Source: Myxococcota bacterium
GTDB lineage: Bacteria; Myxococcota; UBA4151
DNA: 39,120 nt
Assembly: GCA_040260805.1 (NCBI GenBank)
Contig: JBDQPD010000023.1
Coordinates: 1 to 39,120 of the forward strand
Direction: 5' to 3'
The stretch's first letter is position 1. Every line of letters starts with the position of its first letter. The translations under genes and the position numbers were made by a program. Under the pieces are notes generated by a model. The model ran no database searches, had not been told where the DNA came from, and saw only the letters and a program-made list of their open reading frames with translations. Of the stretch, positions 10,401 through 18,644 are shown piece after piece.

Positions 10401-11926
10401 CGACGCTTAGGCTTTCGGCGCTGGTTGCGACCGCCATGGCTGTCACGCTTGCGATACCAAACCTGGATCGGGATGCCCTCAAAATCGAAGGCATCGCGCA
10501 GACGGTTGAGCACGTAGCGCTTGTAGGTCACGTCAATGCCTTCGGGATGCGAGGTGTGAATCACCATGGTCGGCGGCGCCACACGAACCTGCGTGGCGAA
10601 CAAGAGGCGAATCGGTCGACCTCGATGGCTCGGCGCTTGGTGTTTCTTGTTCGCTTCTTGTACGACCGTGTTGAGCAGTCGCGTCTTGATATGCTGGTAA
10701 TAGCGATCCAGCAAAGAGACCACCTCATCGATCAGATCATCGACGCCCCGCTCGGTCTTAGCCGATAAGAAGCACACCTTCGTGTAGTGCAAGAACTTGA
10801 GCTTATCGCGCAGCTTTAGCTCGAACTCTTTGCGATCTCTTTGCCCCTTGGGCTGAGCGTCCCATTTGTTCACACCAATGATCAGCGCTTTGCCTTTGTC
10901 GTGGGCGAAGGCTGCGATTTTGGCGTCTTGCTCGGTGACGCCCTGCTGAGCATCGATCAACAAAATCGCGACGTCAGAGCGGTCCAGAGCGCGCAAGGCA
11001 GAGACCACCGAGTAGCGTTCGAGCTGCGATGAGATCGAGCGCTTGCGACGAATACCGGCCGTATCGATGACCTGGAAGCGAGCGTCATCGCGCTCAAAGA
11101 CTGCATCCACAGCGTCACGAGTCGTACCCGCCATCTCCGAGACCAAGAAGCGGTCCTCGCCCAAAAAGGTGTTCACCAGCGAGCTCTTGCCCGCGTTGGG
11201 CTTACCGATAACCGCTAATCGGATGGTGTCAGGTTTGGGGTAGCGACGGTCAAACCGGAGCCGGTTTTGCTCATCGAGCGCCTCGCTCACGACAATTTCG
11301 GCTTCCTCGTCACCGTCATCAGCCTCTTCGGCAAAGTCCTGAATGGTGTCTTCAAGTTCATCAAGCAGCGCCTCGACGCGCTCGCGCTCCTCGTCGTCCT
11401 CTTCGACCACCTCGGGCTTGGGTAAGGCTTCGATCACATCGTCCATGAGATCGCTGATCCCCACCCCATGCTCCGCTGAGATGATGTGAAGATCACCCAA
11501 GCCAAGCTGAGTGAATTCCCAGGCTTCTTGCTGGCGCTGAGGCGCTTCACACTTATTCACCGCCAAGAAGACCGGCACCTCGGCTCGGCGGAGCAGATCG
11601 GCCACGTCTTGATCAGCGCCGGTCAATCCCGCCACGCCATCGGTCAAAAAGATCACCGCGTCGGCTTGCTCGATCGCCAACTGAGTCTGCCGACGCATCC
11701 CCGCTAAAATCGGGTCGTCGGTTTTGGGCTCAAATCCGCCGGTGTCGCATAAGACAAAGGGGACACCCCAGTGCTCGCTCTCACGGTAGATACGATCTCG
11801 GGTCACCCCGGGGATATCTTGCACGATGCTGACGCGTTCTTTGACCAGTCGATTAAAGAGCGTCGATTTGCCGACGTTGGGTCGACCGATCACCGCTACC
11901 AATCCAGGGATAAACTCACTGGTCAT
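10397..11926 (-). CDS. der: Ribosome biogenesis GTPase Der (EngA)
   Basis: Two G domains: GRPNVGKS/PGVTRDR/DTGG/NKCE and GKPNAGKS/GTTRD/DTAG/NKWD. The C-terminal KH-like domain reads YKRYVLNRLRDAFDFEGIPI. A GGGAG RBS favours ATG 11926 over TTG 11932. Confidence 0.97.
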   Translation of the reverse strand: MTSEFIPGLVAVIGRPNVGKSTLFNRLVKERVSIVQDIPGVTRDRIYRESEHWGVPFVLCDTGGFEPKTDDPILAGMRRQTQLAIEQADAVIFLTDGVAGLTGADQDVADLLRRAEVPVFLAVNKCEAPQRQQEAWEFTQLGLGDLHIISAEHGVGISDLMDDVIEALPKPEVVEEDDEERERVEALLDELEDTIQDFAEEADDGDEEAEIVVSEALDEQNRLRFDRRYPKPDTIRLAVIGKPNAGKSSLVNTFLGEDRFLVSEMAGTTRDAVDAVFERDDARFQVIDTAGIRRKRSISSQLERYSVVSALRALDRSDVAILLIDAQQGVTEQDAKIAAFAHDKGKALIIGVNKWDAQPKGQRDRKEFELKLRDKLKFLHYTKVCFLSAKTERGVDDLIDEVVSLLDRYYQHIKTRLLNTVVQEANKKHQAPSHRGRPIRLLFATQVRVAPPTMVIHTSHPEGIDVTYKRYVLNRLRDAFDFEGIPIQVWYRKRDSHGGRNQRRKPKRR

Positions 11927-12836
11927 AACCAAACTCCCGGAGTTGATGCTGCAAGTGCGTCCATTTCTTGGTCACCCTGACAAACAGTTCAAGGTAGACG
12001 CGGCAGCCGAGCATGCGTCGAAGGTCCTTGCGAGAGCGCATCCCGATCTTTCGGATCACCTTGCCGCGCGTCCCGACCACGATCCGCTTTTGACCGTCGC
12101 GCTCCACGTGGACGGTCGCTTGAATCGTGACCACCGGATCGTCTGGATTTTCACGCTCGGACTCATCGAAGGTGTCGATGGTCACCGCGATCGAATACGG
12201 CAGCTCCTCCTGCGTCTCAAGAATCGCTTTTTCTCGGATAATCTCGGCGGTTAGGAAGCGCTCGGAGCGGTCCGTGATCGTGTCTTCGTCAAAGAGCATC
12301 GGGCCTTCGGGCAGGCGACTCATGACCTCGGTCATCAGCGCCTCGACGTTGTCGCCCTCTTGCGCCGACATCGGCACCAGCGCAGGCGGGTTGAAGGTGT
12401 CTTGCCACTTCTGAATCCACGGCAGCACGCGGCTGCGATCTGCGAGTTTATCCACCTTGTTCAAGGCGAGCACCCACGGCCTACCCGACGCTATGATCGT
12501 CTCATGGATCTTATGCTGACCAGCGCTCGGTTCGCGCACATCGCCCGTCTCAACTTCGACCATCCACAGCACCACGTCGGCGTCGCCTAGCGCTTGCTCT
12601 GCCGTACGCACCATGTGGCGATTAATACCGCCCTCAGCGCGGTGTAGACCTGGCGTATCGACCAAGGCGACCTGCCCTTCCGGGCGAGTGAGCACTCCTA
12701 AAATACGATCTCGGGTGGTCTGCGGCTTGTGGGTGGCGATGGCGAGCTTGAGGCCCATCAGCCGATTCAAAAGCGTCGATTTACCGGCATTTGGCCGGCC
12801 GACGATGGCACAGTATCCGGAAACAAATTCACTCAT
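11916..12836 (-). CDS. era: GTPase Era
   Basis: Motifs GRPNAGKSTL, KPQTTR, DTPG, NKVD, EIIREK, EELPYS, and KH domain with VYLELFVRV. ATG 12836 overlaps the rnc stop (ATGA). Confidence 0.97.
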   Translation of the reverse strand: MSEFVSGYCAIVGRPNAGKSTLLNRLMGLKLAIATHKPQTTRDRILGVLTRPEGQVALVDTPGLHRAEGGINRHMVRTAEQALGDADVVLWMVEVETGDVREPSAGQHKIHETIIASGRPWVLALNKVDKLADRSRVLPWIQKWQDTFNPPALVPMSAQEGDNVEALMTEVMSRLPEGPMLFDEDTITDRSERFLTAEIIREKAILETQEELPYSIAVTIDTFDESERENPDDPVVTIQATVHVERDGQKRIVVGTRGKVIRKIGMRSRKDLRRMLGCRVYLELFVRVTKKWTHLQHQLREFGYDQ

Positions 12837-13534
12837 TGGGCATCTCCGAACCATTGCTCAAGCGCCTGCTTAGCGGCGTCCATCTGTGCCGCCTTAATGC
12901 CTGAACCCTCGCCAAATACAGCTTCTTTTTGTCCCCAGAGCACCACGACCTTATGAACCGGCGCATGATCGGGTCCCGTTTTGCCGACCAAACGATAGTC
13001 TGGCGGGTTCCCATCGAGCTCTTGGCAGGATTCGCTGAGCACTGACTTAGGGTTGGTCAAAACCGCGCCGCCTTTGGCTGCCTGGTCCAACTCCTGCTCA
13101 AGGTGCCGCAGGACAAAGGCGCGTGCGCCCTCTAGACCGAGCTCTTCGTAGGCGAGCGCTACCATCGACTCAAAAGCGTCGGCTAAGACCTTGTCGCGCT
13201 GGTTGTCCCCGCTGCGCTGTGCCGCATCGCTCATGCGCAGCAAGTCGCCAAGCATCAACCGGCGCGCGGCGCCTGCTAGCGCCGTGGTGCTGACCACTGC
13301 CGCTCGAGCTCGGGTCATACGCCCTTCATCGTCTGCACCTAGACGTCGAAACATCACCTCAGCGACGATCATGCCCAAAACAGCGTCACCCAAAAACTCA
13401 AGGCGCTGATTGTGGGCGCCAGCCTTAGGGTACTGATGCAGATAGCTCGGGTGCGTGAGCGCCGCTGCGGCGCGCTCCGGATCGCTCGGCTTATGGTTCA
13501 GTAGCTGCTCGATACGTTGTAAAAAGCCGCTCAT
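12833..13534 (-). CDS. rnc: Ribonuclease III
   Basis: Motifs ALTHPSY, NQRLEFLGDAVL and LADAFE, plus dsRBD NPKSVLSE...GPDHAP...KAAQMDAAKQAL. Canonical rnc-era order. ATG 13534 overlaps the NUDIX stop. Confidence 0.95.
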   Translation of the reverse strand: MSGFLQRIEQLLNHKPSDPERAAAALTHPSYLHQYPKAGAHNQRLEFLGDAVLGMIVAEVMFRRLGADDEGRMTRARAAVVSTTALAGAARRLMLGDLLRMSDAAQRSGDNQRDKVLADAFESMVALAYEELGLEGARAFVLRHLEQELDQAAKGGAVLTNPKSVLSESCQELDGNPPDYRLVGKTGPDHAPVHKVVVLWGQKEAVFGEGSGIKAAQMDAAKQALEQWFGDAQ

Positions 13535-14355
13535 TGAACCACCCACCATCGACCGTCTTCGAGGACCACGCGCTGAGCGCCTCGTACCGCCGGCTGGTCT
13601 GCCGGGTAAGACGGGTCGCCAGGCAACAACAAGACCGCTCGGTCCTGGCTATCTTGACCAAAGAACGGAAACCTTAAGGCTCGATCAAAGGGCGCCTCGG
13701 CCATCAGGGCATCGACCGTCTCCAAGCCCTTCATCTCGAACAGGGTCGCCATCGTTGGAGGCGCCATGGTCACGGTGCCGTTTTGGTAGCCTTGTACGCA
13801 TTGGCCTACCGGCATCCACAGGCTGTCGGTCGCTTCGTGCCCGTCATGCAGCGGCTCTTGGCCCTCAGGCAAACGGGCGATAAAGAATCGAGTATCAAAG
13901 CGGCGCGTCTCGATCACGGGCGTCAGCCACCAGGTCCAGGGCTTGATCAGATCGGTCGCCAGACGAAGCCCATTCGTCTTGAGCAAGCTCGCAAAGTAGT
14001 TCGGATCGGCGCAGACACGATCTTGCTCGGCTCGCCAGTGCGCTGCTCGCTCGGTCAGGCGAGGATACTGTCCGCTGGGATCCAAAGCCAACAAGACGCC
14101 AGCCTCCTCAAAGACCTCTCGGATCGCAGCGACCATAAAGGCGGGGCTGGTCGAATCGGGCGCCAGCGCAGCGTCGGTGGGGTCGACCTTGCCGCCCGGA
14201 AAGACATAGGCGCCAGGCATGAACGAGCTCTTCATCGAGCGACGCATCAAGAAGGCTTCCGGTCCTTGCGCGCCATCGCGTACCAAAATCACCGTCGCCG
14301 CAAGCTGCGGCTTGGCGATGGGGTCTGGTGTTGGCACCAAATTGATGGGTTCCAT
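13531..14355 (-). CDS. NUDIX hydrolase (Nudt19-like)
   Basis: Motifs AATVILVRD, YVFPGGKVD, AAIREVFEEAGVLL and WLTP...RRFDTRFF. The start is placed at ATG 14355 (GAGG upstream) because the longer ORF overlaps the upstream gene. Confidence 0.9.
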   Translation of the reverse strand: MEPINLVPTPDPIAKPQLAATVILVRDGAQGPEAFLMRRSMKSSFMPGAYVFPGGKVDPTDAALAPDSTSPAFMVAAIREVFEEAGVLLALDPSGQYPRLTERAAHWRAEQDRVCADPNYFASLLKTNGLRLATDLIKPWTWWLTPVIETRRFDTRFFIARLPEGQEPLHDGHEATDSLWMPVGQCVQGYQNGTVTMAPPTMATLFEMKGLETVDALMAEAPFDRALRFPFFGQDSQDRAVLLLPGDPSYPADQPAVRGAQRVVLEDGRWWVVQ

Positions 14356-14432
14356 GTGCGGCCTCGTTACGCCGAGGCTTTGCCTCTCGCGCCCCCTAAT
14401 CGCAAGCGACAACCACTCGGGGGCAGCTGCAC

Positions 14433-16892
14433 CTAAGGGGCGACTCTGATGGGCGTGACCGCCGTTTGGGCGCCCAGTCCAATCTGTCCTTCGATGTTTC
14501 GACCCCAACAGTACATCGTCCCCTGATCGCTCCGGACACAGTAATGTGAATCGCCTGCTGTCATCTGAACAGCTGCTTCATCGTTAGGCAGTGCGACTCG
14601 TTGCGGCATGTACTGTTGCTCGCTGCGACAAGGCCCAGAGCCCTGCCACGGAGCCCCAGCACGATAGCCCACACAATAGACGCCTCCTGCTTGACTGATA
14701 CCGCAGGTGCTGTGGATACCTCGACTCAGCATCTGCCAGGGTGCCGACTCTCCCCAGGCATTATACTCTGATGTCGTCGACCCACAGCTCGCCTCGCTCA
14801 AGGGCAGTGATCCGTAGCTCGCAAGTCCCCTGACCCCCATAGCGTCGACCATGACGATTCCGTCACGAGAGACGGCGAAGGCTTGGGTACCCAATGAATT
14901 CGGCATCTGAGTATGACTTCGCCTAAAGCTATCATCCCGGTAGCCCCAACACTCGACGCTGCGATCGTTTGCGGTCAGCGCGCAGGCGCCGTTGTCGCTC
15001 GTGTCTAACGCCAAATACCGACTGTTCGTCTCCACAGGATTAACCACCAGAAACCCAGGTCCTCTAACCCACAAGTGGCCCGGAGTTATACAATAAACGC
15101 TCCCATCTCTCGCCAGCATGCACAGAACATCTCGATGACCATTCAGGTCAATCAATCCACCAATGGGCTGCTCGTCCGAATCCACGAGCGTCACCTCGGC
15201 AGGTGGCCCCTGATAGAAGTTATAACAATCGACTTGCTCGTTCAGCCTGAGGACACAGGCGATGTTGAAATTAAGCACAATCGCGCGCTGAACATTACGC
15301 TGCCCAGCCACCCAGTTTTTTAGAGCATCAGCGCCGGTTCCCCAGCATCGCGCAGAGCCGTCTCCGAAGGTTGCGCAGGTGGTATGGGATGCCGCCCAAA
15401 CATCGGTGACCTCAATCCGAGCGCAATCGCCGCGGCAGCCATCACCCGTGACCACGTTCCCGTCATCACAAGCCTCATAGTCTGATTCGTCGGAGGCGCG
15501 GTCCAAGCGCACAACACCGTCACCGCAAGCTGCCCTCTCGCAGTTATTTCGACAGCCGTCATCGTCTGCGTCGTTGCCATCATCACAGGCCTCACCGCTG
15601 TCGACGTCAACGACGCCATCACCGCAGCCTCTTCGACAGTTGATGCAGCCTTCTGCTGTCTGTGGATCCTCAGGATCGCAATCTTCAAAGCCAGGGATAC
15701 GGCGCGCTAAATCCCGCCGCACGATACCGTCACCGCACGACGGCAAGCGACAGGTGTTCAAGCAGCCATCAGCGTCATCACGATCACCGTCATCACAAGC
15801 CTCGTAGCGCGGATGAGATTCGTCCAAGTCACGGCGTTTGATTCCGTCGCCACAGCGTGCGGGCAGACACATCGACGTGCACGCATCGGTGTCAACATCG
15901 TTACCATCGTCGCACGGCTCGCCCTCATCAATCTGACCATCGCCACATGTGGGCAAAGTGCAATCATTCAAGCAGTCGTCGGTCTCGTTTTCGTTCCCGT
16001 CATCGCACCCCTCATGGAGCGTTGCGACCTGTCCATCTCCGCAGCGGCGAAGCTGACAATTCAATACACAGTCATCGGTGTCGTCTTCATTTCCATCGTC
16101 ACACTCCTCAAAGCCCACCAGACCAGGGCCTATATCAAGCCGTCGATAACCATCTCTACACCGCGCTTCTTGGCAGTCGTTCGTGCAGGCATCAAACCTG
16201 TTGTCGTTGCCATCATCGCACTCCTCTTCCCCGTTTTTGAAGCCATCACCGCAGGTCGCGATGAGGCAGGTCCGAGTGCACTCGTCGGTGTCGATCGAGT
16301 TACCGTCATCGCACTCCTCGTACGCCTCCTCGCCGGCCTGCACATCGATCCGCCGGACCCCATCACCACAGATCGCCAGCGCGCAGCTGTTCGTACACGC
16401 GTCCGCATCGATCGAGTTGCCGTCATCGCAAGCCTCACCCGCCTCTTGAACACCATTACCGCAGCCAATGCGGCAGCGATTGCAGCCACCGCTCGGGTCG
16501 GCGTTACCGTCATCGCACTGCTCATAGTTCGGATCTGACGGGTCGAGGTCGTTGCGCAAAAATCCGTCACCACAAGCCGGTAAGCGGCACGTCGCCAAGC
16601 AGCCGTCCGTATTGAGCGCATTGCCGTCATCGCATGCCTCAAAGCCTTCGGTTTGGGAGTCCAAGTCCACGCGAACGATGCCGTCACCACAGGACGCCAG
16701 CGCGCACGAGTTCAGACACCCGTCGTTGTCGTTAAGGTTGCCGTCATCACAGGCTTCGGAGCCCTCGACGACGTTGTTGCCGCAGACATCGCTCGAGGTG
16801 GCGGCGGAGGGTAACGCGGGCAGTTCGCTCACTGAGCAGGCGGCAAAGCCTACACAAGCGACCACAAGCAAGCTGAGTGATTTATAAATCAG
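14433..16892 (-). CDS. Lipoprotein with 13 Myxococcus-type Cys-rich (DUF4215-like) repeats and a C-terminal RCC1/BLIP-II-like propeller region
   Basis: Lipobox-like FAAC and repeats C[G/R]xG...E.CDDGN...D.C...C. The C-terminus has HTTCA..GDGSARCWG and AGDSHYCVRSDQGTMYCWGRNIEGQIG. The start is uncertain: TTG 16871 (ORF track) or CTG 16892 (see findings). Confidence 0.85.
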   Translation of the reverse strand: MIYKSLSLLVVACVGFAACSVSELPALPSAATSSDVCGNNVVEGSEACDDGNLNDNDGCLNSCALASCGDGIVRVDLDSQTEGFEACDDGNALNTDGCLATCRLPACGDGFLRNDLDPSDPNYEQCDDGNADPSGGCNRCRIGCGNGVQEAGEACDDGNSIDADACTNSCALAICGDGVRRIDVQAGEEAYEECDDGNSIDTDECTRTCLIATCGDGFKNGEEECDDGNDNRFDACTNDCQEARCRDGYRRLDIGPGLVGFEECDDGNEDDTDDCVLNCQLRRCGDGQVATLHEGCDDGNENETDDCLNDCTLPTCGDGQIDEGEPCDDGNDVDTDACTSMCLPARCGDGIKRRDLDESHPRYEACDDGDRDDADGCLNTCRLPSCGDGIVRRDLARRIPGFEDCDPEDPQTAEGCINCRRGCGDGVVDVDSGEACDDGNDADDDGCRNNCERAACGDGVVRLDRASDESDYEACDDGNVVTGDGCRGDCARIEVTDVWAASHTTCATFGDGSARCWGTGADALKNWVAGQRNVQRAIVLNFNIACVLRLNEQVDCYNFYQGPPAEVTLVDSDEQPIGGLIDLNGHRDVLCMLARDGSVYCITPGHLWVRGPGFLVVNPVETNSRYLALDTSDNGACALTANDRSVECWGYRDDSFRRSHTQMPNSLGTQAFAVSRDGIVMVDAMGVRGLASYGSLPLSEASCGSTTSEYNAWGESAPWQMLSRGIHSTCGISQAGGVYCVGYRAGAPWQGSGPCRSEQQYMPQRVALPNDEAAVQMTAGDSHYCVRSDQGTMYCWGRNIEGQIGLGAQTAVTPIRVAP
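15423..16784 (-). repeat. Coding tandem array of 13 Cys/Asp-rich repeats
   Basis: 13 CGxG...CDDGN-type units counted in the translation. The + strand shows recurrent 'ccgtcatcgca/ccatcatcaca' motifs. Confidence 0.9.
16878..16891. promoter_or_regulatory. Perfect 14-bp AT-rich palindrome TGATTTATAAATCA; candidate protein-binding site
   Basis: The sequence equals its reverse complement. It lies at the junction of the response-regulator stop and the lipoprotein start. Function is inferred only. Confidence 0.35.
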
Positions 16893-17599
16893 ACCGATCC
16901 TTCGTGAGGATCATAACGGTAGCCGCGCCCGCGCACGCTGACCAGTACCCTCGGCTCATCCGGAACCCTCTCGATCAAGCGGCGCAGGCGAACGACGTAA
17001 TTATCGACCGTGCGCTCGCTGGGGAACTTCTCCATACCCCAGACCTCTTCGAGGATATCGGCGCGGCTCAGGACGCGGCGTGGTTCACGCGCAAACAGCG
17101 CAATCATGGCCATCTCGCGCTCGCCCACGGTCTCTAAGCTGCCGTCGGGCTGGGTAATCGTTTGCCGGTCCAAGTCGACCAGCACCTCACCAAAGTGAAA
17201 ACATCGGTCGGCGGGCGCCTCGAGCATCGACTGAGACCGGCGAATCAAAGCGCGTGAGCGAGCGATCAGCTCAGGGACGTAAAAGGGCTTCGTCAGGTAA
17301 TCGTCTGCGCCGAGCTCTAGCGCCTCGACTTTGACCTGCATCTCGCTGCGCGCCGTCAGCATCATGATCGGCGTACCTAAACCCAAATCCCGCGCTCGAC
17401 GCACCAAATCTGAGCCACTGTAAATCGGCAGCATCAAGTCAAAGATAAAGAGATCATAGGTCTCGAGCTCCATCGCCTCAAAACCGGCTCCGCCGTCACG
17501 ACAGACGCTCACAGCAAAGCCTTCGTGTTCCAAGTTCACTTGGACCATATTGGCGGTCAATTGGTCATCTTCGACCAGCAAAACACGCTTGCCGCTCAA
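16889..17599 (-). CDS. OmpR/PhoB family response regulator
   Basis: Receiver VLLVEDD, FDLMLP (phospho-Asp), LTAR, GADDYLTKPF. Winged helix VLSRADILEEVWG...RTVDNYVVRLRR...SVRGRGYRY. The TTG start overlaps the kinase stop. Confidence 0.95.
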   Translation of the reverse strand: MSGKRVLLVEDDQLTANMVQVNLEHEGFAVSVCRDGGAGFEAMELETYDLFIFDLMLPIYSGSDLVRRARDLGLGTPIMMLTARSEMQVKVEALELGADDYLTKPFYVPELIARSRALIRRSQSMLEAPADRCFHFGEVLVDLDRQTITQPDGSLETVGEREMAMIALFAREPRRVLSRADILEEVWGMEKFPSERTVDNYVVRLRRLIERVPDEPRVLVSVRGRGYRYDPHEGSV

Positions 17600-18570
17600 A
17601 CCGGGTCTCCAGATACGACTTGTAGTTTCAAGACGAAGGTTGCGCCTTTGCCTTTCCCTGCACTGCTCCCCATCAACTGCCCCTGCATGGCTTCCGCGAG
17701 CGACCTGGATAAAGGCAAGCCTAAACCCGTCCCTCGCGTATCGCTTTCACCACGGATATAGGGCTGAAACAAAGCTTCACTTTGGTCGCTTGCGAAGCCA
17801 TTGCCGTCGTCCTCGATCGTCAAGTGGACTCCTCCGCCGTCTTGCGCTCCGACAACACGTACCGACTTGGCGCCATAGATCACTGCGTTTTCAAGCAGAT
17901 TCTCAAGTATCGTCTGCACAGCCTCAGAGTCAGCGAGCGCCTCAAGTCCAGAGGGTCCCTCAAAGGCAAAGTCGCAGCCGCGGTCACCCACGCCCGTGCG
18001 CTCACGCAATAACCGCTCAACCAGCGGAGCGAGCGACGTGGGCTGGACCTTAAAGTCGCCCTCCGCAAACCGCAGACGATGACCCATCAACAGGTTCTGA
18101 ATCAAACGCTCTTGGCGGTCGATTTGACGTAAACCCAGCGCCACCGCCTCACCCATCTGCTCAGCTGGCATTCGCCCCAGATTGACGGTCTCGAGCAGCG
18201 CCCGCAGCCCCGCCAGTGGCGTTTTCATTTCATGGGTCGCTTGCCCGACAAAAGCCTCTAACTGCTCGCGAAAGCGACGCTGCTCGGCGGCTAGTCGAAA
18301 GAGCATCAGACAACAAACCGCTGTCAGAATCATCAACAAGCCACCCTCGCCAAAGACCATCAGTCGTCTCCGAAAGTACCACGACTCGAGCTCAGCTCGC
18401 GCTGCGCTCCCCAGCGCCGCTGCAGCGCCGGTGAGTTCGTCCAACCGGTAGGCATAGCTCTGGTCCACAGCGCGGCTCATCGCGACCGACCACCAGGCGC
18501 AGAGGGCCAAGAGCGCGGCCAACGAGATCGCAAACAAGTAGAACTCAGCTTGAGCGCGCCGCATCCGCAA
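17596..18570 (-). CDS. Sensor histidine kinase (2 TM, short extracytoplasmic loop, HisKA + HATPase)
   Basis: H-box THEMKTPL, N-box ILENLLENAVIYG, G1 IEDDGNG, F-box LFQPY and G2 GTGLGL. The start is TTG 18570 or ATG 18564. Confidence 0.93.
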   Translation of the reverse strand: MRMRRAQAEFYLFAISLAALLALCAWWSVAMSRAVDQSYAYRLDELTGAAAALGSAARAELESWYFRRRLMVFGEGGLLMILTAVCCLMLFRLAAEQRRFREQLEAFVGQATHEMKTPLAGLRALLETVNLGRMPAEQMGEAVALGLRQIDRQERLIQNLLMGHRLRFAEGDFKVQPTSLAPLVERLLRERTGVGDRGCDFAFEGPSGLEALADSEAVQTILENLLENAVIYGAKSVRVVGAQDGGGVHLTIEDDGNGFASDQSEALFQPYIRGESDTRGTGLGLPLSRSLAEAMQGQLMGSSAGKGKGATFVLKLQVVSGDPV

Positions 18571-18644
18571 CTCTCCGTATCAAAGCGATCCCGTCCTAGC
18601 GCCCTGAAGACCTTTGATCTAGAGCAGAGTGGACGGAGTATGGT

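Noticed and set aside
11790..12716. Identical 14-mer ATACGATCTCGGGT and similar P-loop DNA in der and era
   Set aside because: It is explained by shared TRDRI and GRPNxGKST motifs of paralogous GTPases. It is not a mobile repeat.
14356..14432. GCAAAGCCTCGGCGTAA on the minus strand resembles part of a c-di-GMP-I riboswitch, and the 77-nt length resembles a tRNA
   Set aside because: There is no GNRA-capped P2 stem and no room for P3 before the ATG. There is also no T-loop GTTC or D-loop consensus.
14356..14508. N-terminal extension of the NUDIX ORF to 14508
   Set aside because: It overlaps the upstream lipoprotein gene and is non-homologous. ATG 14355 has an RBS.
15423..16784. Regularly spaced DNA repeats as a possible CRISPR array
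   Set aside because: The repeats are degenerate at third codon positions and encode CDDGN units in an open frame. No cas genes are present.
18614..18644. TTGATC-N19-TATGGT as a promoter for the hydrolase
   Set aside because: The -10 element abuts the GTG start, so the transcript would begin inside the CDS.
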